The translations under genes were made by a program, and so were the position numbers. This document shows, one piece after another, positions 54,877 to 64,000 of a stretch of 64,000 nucleotides of DNA; position 1 is the first letter of the stretch, and each line of letters starts with the position of its first letter. Source of the DNA: Harriotta raleighana (lineage: Eukaryota). The notes under the pieces are model-generated. The model did not search any database. It was not told where the DNA came from and worked only from the letters and a program-made list of their open reading frames with translations. Where the stretch lies: assembly GCA_050575255.1 (NCBI GenBank), contig JBNZDD010013718.1, forward strand, positions 7,060,579 to 7,124,578, given 5' to 3'.

Positions 54877-55246
54877 ATAATAATAATCCTTGCATTTGAT
54901 ATAACACCTGATCACATAATTGAGAAGTCTCAAAGCGCCATCCAAATGATACTGGAAAGTGAAATTTTGTTGGTAAACGTGGCAGCCGATTGAGCACAGC
55001 AACGGATCCCATAAATGCTCACAACAGTGTCCCACAAACAGTCGTGCATTGAATGACTAAATCATTACTTTTTTGGGGAGTGATTAATAATCCTGGAAAA
55101 GTGATCCGTGAATCGACTAACAGCCAGGTTCCTACTTACTGCTAGGTAAACAAGCATGTGGAATAAGGAAACTTGCCTAACATTTCACCCTGCCCAGAAA
55201 TCAAACTCCGAAGACAAGGGCACTAACCAATACACTACAGGACTTC
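54877..55246 (-). mobile_element. SINE, long form
   Basis: As above. Confidence 0.75.
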
Positions 55247-55595
55247 ATGATTCTACCTCCTGCTTATAACCACAGTAAATCTTTTGATCAACAGGGTAAG
55301 TTTTTAAAAAAAATATTCAAAAGTAATATTAATCCTTCTGAGATATATTAAGCACTTTTGAGATGCCCTCCTAATGTGAAAGGTGCTTTATGTAGTATTC
55401 TACATTACGATTAAAACATAGATTATGGTTCCAGATTATGTCATAATAATAATCATTACACTTGATATAACATCTTTCATGTCTGGAGGAGGTCTCAAAG
55501 CGCATATAACAATATTGAGACTTGCCAATAATTAATCGCAATTAATTATTAATCTATTCTCCTACCCAAATACACAGTTAGGAATAGTTCCTCAC

Positions 55596-56090
55596 CTGTT
55601 TAAGCCTTGGCAGTAACCTACATCAGGGTTTCTCCAGGCAAATGCCAAAAGAACGTTTTGAAGTTTTTGTATCCCTTCTGAGTTTAGCGAGGCGTAGTGC
55701 TTGTTGTTTGGCAAAGTGCGCATCAGGTCCAGCTCAATCTGTTTGGAGGCAGGATTTGGTTTCTCTAGTGCCTTCTTCAGCAAGGAATCAAAATATCCTG
55801 GGCTACAACTGTCCCTGTATTTTTTAACCTGGAGGTTGACACACCACTTCCAGACTTTTGATCTATGTTCGTGTGGGATTCCGTAGCGAATGAGGTTCTT
55901 CAGTTCTGGGGTACGCACCATTTCCCGATTCACTGTGCTGGCAAAGTAGTTCTCCCACTTGACTCCTGTGGAAATCTCTTGGCTATCGTTAAGAGAGAAT
56001 GATCTTAAATTCAAAGCCCGCACCTTGGCAACCAACTGCTCCTCTTCATCATCTTCGGGGACAGTCTTAAAGCCATATATGTCATATTCA
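55596..56090 (-). CDS. TBC1D2B: TBC1D2B coding exon, TBC domain N-half (EYDIYGF...KQIELDLMRTLP...VGYCQGLNR)
   Basis: 495 nt; ttctag| and |GTGAG; IxxDxxRT Arg finger and YxQ Gln finger intact. Confidence 0.96.
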
Positions 56091-56572
56091 CTAGAAGTCG
56101 AAAGATTAAAAAAGAAATTGTCAGGTTAATGAAGGAGTTTGATTTCTCCTTATGAAAAATGCCCTCATACCAAAATGGGTTTTCACAATGAAAATGTGAC
56201 ATACTGGTTCTTTCCAATGTGTGTATGGACGTGTGTTTTAGGGAGAGAATTGAAGGAACAAAAAGTTTTTTGTTGTTGTACTCAAGTCCCCTTGAGTACT
56301 CTCAAGTAAAACTTATTAAGTTTTACTAGTACCTTACTTAAAACTAAAAGTTTAAATATTTTAAATCCCACCTAAAAAAAACTTTCTGTCCAACCACACC
56401 TATGGCCACCCCTTCCCTTGTTCAACATCAAACCATATAAAATATATCAACATAAAAAAATGAGCGATTTGTTTCTCTTCACGACTGTGAGGAAACATTC
56501 CCATTTCGATGTGCCCAATACAGCAAAGAAGCATTTATTGTTCAAGTTCATTCTGCAAGTTCGGGCAGTTAC

Positions 56573-56760
56573 CTGACGGGATGTGGTTTGAGAACAGTGG
56601 GCTTGTCCGTGGTGTCCACTTTCAGTGCGTCTTCCATGAGTCTGGAAATGACTTCGTTTGTTGGTCCCTTTTCGCTAGAACACACTGGAGTCTGAACTTC
56701 CTGAAGGAGAACCAGGTGCTTGCTCTCTATCTGGCACAGCCGGGCCTCCAGACTGGCGTA
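56573..56760 (-). CDS. TBC1D2B: TBC1D2B coding exon (YASLEARLCQIESKHLVLLQE...KPHPVS)
   Basis: 188 nt; caatag| and AG|GTAAC; phases fit. Confidence 0.92.
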
Positions 56761-56989
56761 CTATTGAAACACCAAAACATAAATCAATCAATCAATCAAT
56801 CAGAAATTCAACCATGTTGCTGTCAGCTCCCAAATATTTGACATTTGATTTGAATTTTGCTCAGTTCTGCATGTTGTGAATACTGACAATACTGTGTTAC
56901 CAATGGCCATTAGGGGGAGCCCAAAGCCACCACTCTGCTTGACTGAAAGACCAGTGATAAACTGGTGAAGGGAAAAACCACAGCAAGAT

Positions 56990-57365
56990 TAATAATAATG
57001 ATCCTTGCATTTCACATAGCACCTTATCACACCTTTAAGACGTCTCAAAGTGCTTCACAGAATACACTGTAAAGTAAATTGACTGTACATTTTGTGGGCA
57101 AAAGGTGGCAGCCGATTGTGCACACAAACAGTTGCGGATCGAATGACTAAATCATTAATTTGGGTTTTTTTTTCTCTGAAAGTATTATTACACTTGGAAA
57201 AGCAATCCGCCAATCGACTAACAACCAGGTTCCTATTTACTGCTAGGTATAAAGAAGAGTGTGGAGTAAGGAAACTTGCACAAACGTTTCACCCGACCCG
57301 GGAATCAAACCCAGGTCCTCTCACTTGCGAGGTGAGTGCTCTAACCACCAAGCTACAGGACGCCA
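56990..57365 (-). mobile_element. SINE, long form
   Basis: As above; the best-preserved long copy. Confidence 0.8.
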
Positions 57366-58910
57366 CGTGAAACAAATAGTATTTCACCTCTGACAGTTTT
57401 ATTCACGAGTCGATCTATTACTCTTTCAACTTGTGTAGTTGAGGAAATATTGCAACACAATCTGTCTGCCTAACAATAGTTGCACCCGATTAAAACATCA
57501 CATCGTTTGAAATCTGCAAAAAGAGATACCAAAGGCAAAGTCGGCGCCTTTTTGTAAATTAATCTGCGCCAATAACCTTCAGCTACTTACAGGGGGTGTG
57601 GGCGAAGGAAATATGAAGGAAATCTCCTCGAGACAAATGAGCTACAGACTTAAAAATAAAATTGATAGAGGGCACTATCTGAAGTCATACTAGAGAAAAA
57701 CAAATTAACGAGGCATTGAATTTAATGGAGATTCAACAAAAGTTTTCCAAAAGGCTGCACTCATTCACATTATTGGCAGAGCATGAATGTTACCCTACAA
57801 TAATGAAGGCTCAAAGGATTTGCAACGTTTACAGTGAACAGCAGCCAAAACGCCACAATCCATTCATAATGAAAACTTCCTGCGCTCAAATGTTTCAACC
57901 CCCCCCACCCCCCTCTGTTGCTCTGTAATGATTTACTCAACTCTTAGGATGCAAAAAAAAAACTTCAGAAGACATCGGTCTTCAGGAGGAGCAAGAAAAA
58001 CTTAGCAACCTCCTGTACGAAAAGCAATAAGTTCTTTAGAAAAAACACGAGCACAGATGAAAGTCGAAAGTATGAATTAGCAGCTACCAAATCCTCTTCT
58101 GTGGTCTCCTGTTGGACTCTAACTAAATTGGACTTTAACTTGATTAGAAACATTGAAAGCCAACACAGCGAATTTAATACATTCCCCGAGTTTTGAACTA
58201 TGTACTGTATTGGTTATGTGCACAAACAACTATGTATGTAATCTAGCTAAAGCCCTACAAGCTAAAGCCTTAACTGACAAGGTGGTCTACGCTGGAGAAG
58301 GGCTGTGCTTTGTGGTTAAGTATATTTTCCACCGTCAACTCAAGATCTGGGTGGTAATGCTGCTATAGATATTTCCTGTGCTCTGCACATGTTTGATATG
58401 CACAGGAACTGATAAAAGGATCACTTTTCCAGGGGTAATAAGATCTTTCAAAGCAAAAAAATCGGTTACTCAATCCTTGTTTGTTTGTGGGACACTGCTG
58501 GGTGCAGTTGGCTGCTGCGTTTCACCCACAGAATATGCAGTCAATTCATTTTACGGTATATTCTACAAAGCACTTTTGAGATCCCTTGAAGACCTAGAAG
58601 TGATAAGGCCTATATCAAATGCAAGGATTATTATTATTATCAGTTTAGATTTTTCAGTAAAAAATGTCAGGTGTGGTTCTGGAACGTTGTGCACAGGAAT
58701 TGGCATCTCACAGTGCTTTAATTTTGTGCCCTTTTCAAACGCAAGGTTTAGGAGTATGGATCCTAATTAACAGTTCTTCGGTTGTGCCAACTTTATATTG
58801 CAATGTGCAGCAAAACGTGAACAATCACATTTACAGTAGAATATAGTGTACCCAGGCAAAATAAGAGATATTATAGTGACATTAAGAAAAAGGATCATCC
58901 TATAGTTTGT

Positions 58911-59265
58911 TAACAACAATAACTTGGATTTATATAGCGCCCTCCACGCCAGACGGCGTCTCAGAGAGCTTCACAGTAGCGGAGCCCGAGGCCGAGCCAA
59001 GGGGAGGGTGAAGGTGACCGTAGGCGCGGTCAAACAGAAAAGTCTTCAGGTGCGACCTGAACATGGAAAAGGAGGGGATGAGGTGGAAGGATTCAGGGAA
59101 AGAGTTCTGGGGTGTAGTGACTGAAAGCACAGTCGCCGATGGTGGAGTGGAGAATTCAGAGGACAAGGAGGAGGCCAGACCCAGTAGAGAGGAGGCAGCG
59201 GGTACTGCTGTGAGGAGAAAGGAGGTTAGAGAGGTTGTGGGGGGTGAGACGAATGGAGTTGATAA
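58911..59265 (-). mobile_element. L2-clade LINE 3' fragment
   Basis: Residual ORF ...NSFPESFHLIPSFSMFRSHLKTFLFDRAY (LINE ORF2 C-terminal pattern), then GGCGCTATATAAAT and (TTG)n tail. Confidence 0.75.
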
Positions 59266-59347
59266 CTATATAACAGTTGAATAGGAATTCAATAACCCAA
59301 CTCTAAAATGTCTTATCCTAAAAGCATACCAGCTGCATTAAAAATAC

Positions 59348-59458
59348 CTTGGCTTCCAGAGTCCTCTCTCTTATTTCAGCATTTCTCTTAAGGATGGACA
59401 GTTCTAAAATCTCTTTGTTGAGGAACTTGTTCTGAGATTTATAGCCTTGAAGGCTATC
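59348..59458 (-). CDS. TBC1D2B: TBC1D2B coding exon (DSLQGYKSQNKFLNKEILELSILKRNAEIRERTLEAK)
   Basis: 111 nt; ctctctgaag| and |GTATTT; QNKFLNKEILEL motif of the TBC1D2 family. Confidence 0.92.
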
Positions 59459-60374
59459 CTTCAGAGAGAGAGAAAAAAACAGGAGTGTTCGGTGCATTCA
59501 TTGTTATGCCAATCCATCTGAAGCATTATTGTAATACACAGCCCCAAAAAACAAAACAGGATTTAATTAATCAGTTAAAAAAAAATCAACTGGAAGTCAG
59601 CCAGCAAAAATTCCAAAGTTACTACATCTGAACCCAATGTGGTGTATGTGCCCTTATTCAAAATGGACGGAGGGTGGGTGGGTCGTGGAGGCAAGGAAGC
59701 AGATTTGAAATGTATCATTTGGGTATAAATAACTATTTTGGAGTTTTTGCTTGAAACTTTATACTGTACACAAATGTGCACATGCATAAAAGTGTAGCGG
59801 AAATATGCAGCACATTCTGCAGAAAAAACAAACAAACATTTCATTGTGGCCGAGAGGAGGAAGAATACCCATCTTTCTGTTTCCTGGCCATAAAACTGTT
59901 CCAGGGGATTTCAAAGGTCAGTCTCAGTAACAGATGTTAAATGCTGAACGCAGCTTTCTCAGGCATGTCTGCAGCAAAATAAGATGTGTTATGACAAGAT
60001 CCGCTGAAACAGCGCTGGCCAATTCTTGGCCCATGGGCGGAAGTGGCACAGGGCTCAGTCTAGAAGTAGTCCACCGATCGTTAGCACTAGTCTATGCCAG
60101 TCGATTTTAAATCAATGTTTTGTTTGCAGTTTTTCTTCCCCCCACCGCCCACCCACCATCACCCCAGATGGAATACTTTTGGGTTTATGGTATAAAGGAA
60201 ATATTTATTTTGTTGGCCGACCATAAAAGGTTGGTCATCACTGCACGAGATGCAGGATCCAAATCAGATCAGTCGCGATTAAAAACAATTGAGGCAGATT
60301 CCTGCATTAAAGGCATGTGATCCTGTGAAGGGATTTACTGCTTAAGTTTCAAGGTGTCAATGCTATGCACCTAC

Positions 60375-60767
60375 CTTTAATTTATCCAATTCCTGCAGGT
60401 TTTTGCACGCAGGTGAGAGAGTAGCGCTCGATAATCCACCTGGTGATGAATGATTGCTTTCACATTCACTGAGCTCCCGGGAGAGTTTTATAATGACTTC
60501 ATCTTTGGCTTGAATGGTTTCTTTAAACATGCTGAGCTGCTCACTCATTTCACTCATTCTATCTTTAAGAGTTTTGACTTCCTGCTCCATGTTGTCCTTC
60601 TGCAGGCTGACATGTTCTAACTGGTTGTTCAGGGCTTGGATCTGTTGATCCTTCTGATGCAGACGCTCACATTTTTCGTTCTCAGCACATCTCTGTGCTG
60701 CAGTACTCACAGGGTATTTCTCGTGCTGAGAACACTTCAAAGTCTGCTGCAACAGTCGTACAAGTTC
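60375..60767 (-). CDS. TBC1D2B: TBC1D2B coding exon (ELVRLLQQTL...coiled coil...AKDEVIIKLS...ELDKLK)
   Basis: 393 nt, phase 0/0; donor AAG|GTAGGT; acceptor is A-rich (aataaag|), so the 5' boundary is less certain. Confidence 0.86.
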
Positions 60768-60941
60768 CTTTATTTTTTTTAAAAACAGAGAAAGTATCCA
60801 ATGAATGTCAGCTGCTCACACACAAGTTTCAGCAATAATTATACACGTTTGTACCTAAATGCACACAGGCCCTCAGGCTTCTCAATTTAAAAATAAATCC
60901 TCATAATTTAAATGCGGCAAGCTGTCCAGTATTTGCATTAT

Positions 60942-61746
60942 AAATAATAATACTGGCATTTAATATAGTGCCTTATCACATCTTCCACTTGTCTCAAAGC
61001 ACTTCACAGAATATACTTTAAAGTCAATTGACTATGTTTTGCGGGCGAAACACACAGCCAATTGCGCACAGTAGTGTCCCACAAACATGGGATGAATGAC
61101 CAATTTTTTACGTATAGTTAACCCTCTTCGAACACGACTTTATCAATTGCGAATTCAAATATACGCAACAAAATAAAAGCATAAAACGTAAAACTTGTGT
61201 ATACGCGCTGGCTGGCGCCTGTGTGCATGCGCACGTGTGAGGACGCCGACCGCTCCTGACTAAAGCCGATGATTCCTCGGCTGGCTGGCCCTGCGCGCAA
61301 TGCATTCTTGGGTAAGGTTTAGATAACTCTTCGGCCTCGGAGCATCCCGATGGCATTACATGATAAACAGAAGAGACAGAGAGAGAGAGAGAACAGCAAT
61401 ATCGCCTAGCTGTTGTTTTATTGCTGTATTGCTTTCTTTTTATTACTTTACTACTTTGTTATCACTTTCTAGCAGTAAAGCGATAACAAAGCCGGAGCCG
61501 GCCACCTGTGGCTCTCTGCCCCCCGCCCGCCCCCGAGTGGCTCTCTGCTCCCCCCACCCCCTGTCCCCAAGCGGCTCTCTGGTACCCCACTCCCAGCGGC
61601 TCTCTGCTGCCACACAACCCCTGAGCGGCTCTGTGACTGGATTCCGCTAAACCTCCTGTTCCCATTACTTGTTAAGCTTACCCAAAGCGATTTTATCAAG
61701 TGCACAGTTTTCCAGGAACGTAACCCCCGTGATCGACAAGGGTTAA

Positions 61747-61782
<36 letters not shown>

Positions 61783-61975
61783 ACCCCTGGGAAAGCGATT
61801 CACTAATCGACTTAACAACCAAGTTCCTAATTACTGGTAGGTAAACACCAACAACAACAAAAATTACATTTGTAGAGTGCCTTTCATGGCGGGAGGATGT
61901 CCCAAGGCACTGTGGAGTAAGGAAACTTGACCAAATCGAACCCAGATCTCTCACTTGCTAGTCAAGTGCTCTCTA
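60942..61975 (-). mobile_element. Long-form SINE interrupted by MITE copy 3 and by a short L2-type tail
   Basis: SINE tail/core 60942-61110; resumes about 61780-61847 and 61912-61975. Confidence 0.7.
61115..61749 (+). mobile_element. Tigger/pogo-like MITE family A, copy 3
   Basis: TA|TAGTTAACCCTCTTCGA ... TCGACAAGGGTTAACTG|(TA)n. Confidence 0.88.
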
Positions 61976-64000
61976 GCCATAAGGATGAGAGTTGGAGGTA
62001 GTAAATATTAAGCATTCGCTTTCATTGTTGGTGGCATCTTAATTTACAAGAAAACTGCAAGAACCGTGAATACGCCTTATTTGAAATGGAAACCCTCTGT
62101 CATCAAATAAAGTACAGGCTTCCGCTTTGATATCAATCTAAATCCATTAAGAGCGTCTAGGTAGTTCAATTAGTTCTATAGATAAACTGTCAATACTTCT
62201 GTTGTGTTCTTTATGATAAATGTTTCTCCGCAGTGCTGCCAGACAGTGAACCTACCACCCACACTAGTGTGGGTGTTGTGCATTGCTGTTCATACTCAAC
62301 TGCCCGCTGCTTACACGTAACTGTCTTATTACTGCTATGAAATTGCATTTTTTTTCTAATTTCATGGAAATAGGATTACATTCCAATTTTATAGCATTTA
62401 TTCTTTTAAATTGGGGAATATTAAATGCTCAAAAGATGCAGTGAGTTTATACCCTGTGCAATTGCCAAGAGTTGAAATATTCTGAGAAAGCAGCTCGTGA
62501 AGAGGATAACATGGACGAGGCAACAAAACGGTCATTTCACTTCACACTACAGGTATATTGTTTGAGATGTCTCATAGAGTGATAAGGCGCTATATCAAAT
62601 GCAAGGATTGTTATTATTATTCCAACAACGTACAATTGGGTAAAACTTCTGAGAATGTGAGTACTTTCAAATCCTCAGAATTTCAATCATGACCACGGAG
62701 GACACTTGTTGATAATTTGAGAATTAATGATACTCTGAATAATAATAATAATTCAAATGTAAAGCACTAAAATCTACTCGAGAGAACCTTGACGTACACC
62801 AATAAAGTTCTGTACTGGACAGTGCTAAGATTCAAACATGCATACACTGTGGCAATTTACAGAACTGAAAAGCTTTTTCTTCAAGAATGCTAAACATAGC
62901 ATTTTTAGATCAATTTAGAATTTTTGCTGTGTAGATATTAGCTAAGCCTAACAGATGGAATCTATCAGTAGCCTTGCACATTGGCAAAGATGACTACATA
63001 GTTGCACAGAATCTGATAACTGAAGGCTGACTCGAGCTTATTGAGCAACATTGTACAAAACTGCTCACTGAGTTATCCATAAGATGGTGGGGGGGTGGGG
63101 TGTGGGTGAAGAAACAGTAGAATATCTTTTTCCCAGAAGCGAGACAACTGGCTTGTTAACGTTCACAAAATATCGGAAACTGAATTTAAACCACAGTCTA
63201 TAAAGAATCAGTTTAAAATGTTTACACATAGGATAAATGTGTAGCTTTTTGTCTGCACGTGACTTGACGGCTTAATATGATGGAAAAAAACAGTTACTGC
63301 CACCCCACTGAGCTTGTGGCCGGGCTTGAGCTATAATAGTACTCATATTTGCCAGAATTGCACTTTTCTCTCGTGATGAAATTTAATTTTAAAAAGAATA
63401 AAATGCCCTAAATCCTGGCGCTGCTTGCCTTAGCTTTCCCTAAGATTGGTAGGACTGGGCAGCAATCATTTAAGGGCTCAAACCGGATACCAACTAGTGC
63501 AAGGTTGCTACGATGAATGATAAAAAAAAGTGGGTTGTAATTCGTGTAAAATATTACATCCTGATGTCAACATCCCTAGTTCCTACAACTGCCACCAGTT
63601 AACCCATGTTCTATAGCCAGATAAATGATCTACTCCCAGCCTGGCATCATTACCACAGTCAGGGGCACACACAGGTAAATGAACATAGAATGTTGGAAAC
63701 TATTCTTCCAACGTTCCCTGTGTCCCCCCAAACACTCGTCTTTTTGCTCAGCTGCTGCTGACGGGATCAAAAATTCAACTGAACCACTAAAATGCCTTCA
63801 CCATTGAAATGCCCAGCACCATACTGGCTGTCCATATGCTGAATACAAACAGCTATGTGACTTTATGCATTTCGAAGATGTTATTTCCTTTTCAACTAAT
63901 TACTGTACTATGGTTTCTGATTTCCACTTGAATTCCCCAAGCTGTCATGTCTGAAGTGCTTTTATTGCAAATAATCGGTCAAGCCTTCGCAGGTCCTTTA

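Noticed and set aside
60800-64000. Further upstream TBC1D2B exon
   Set aside because: I could not find a convincing exon; earlier exons probably lie beyond the window.

Overview
This is eukaryotic (vertebrate) genomic DNA: AT-rich, with GT-AG introns and many repeats. The SINE/LINE content suggests a cartilaginous fish, possibly a holocephalan such as Callorhinchus (inference, not proven). Two minus-strand genes lie in tandem. (1) The 3' part of TBC1D2B, a Rab-GAP: 8 coding exons, 60767->47679, with intact TBC catalytic fingers; its 5' exons are probably beyond the window end. (2) A complete DAPK2/DRP-1 gene (31984 or 31999 -> 7151). Eight shared kinase exons are followed by two mutually exclusive 3' ends: a single 648-nt ZIPK/DAPK3-like terminal exon (DRP-1beta, about 490 aa) or three CaM-regulatory exons (DRP-1alpha, about 359 aa). 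All exon phases were checked by hand and join into open frames. The rest is tRNA-headed SINEs in long, short and collapsed variants, CR1/L2 LINE fragments, three families of TA-targeting Tigger/pogo-like MITEs, a decayed hAT transposase, and Penelope-type fold-backs (one with a degenerate hammerhead core). I found no convincing wholly new biological system. The most interesting items are the DAPK2 alpha/beta switch with a splicing-motif cluster, a Ser->Thr change at the autoinhibitory phosphosite, the TBC1D2B-DAPK2 adjacency, and the MITE family with a variable GC-rich minisatellite. Repeat coordinates are approximate unless terminal inverted repeats are quoted.
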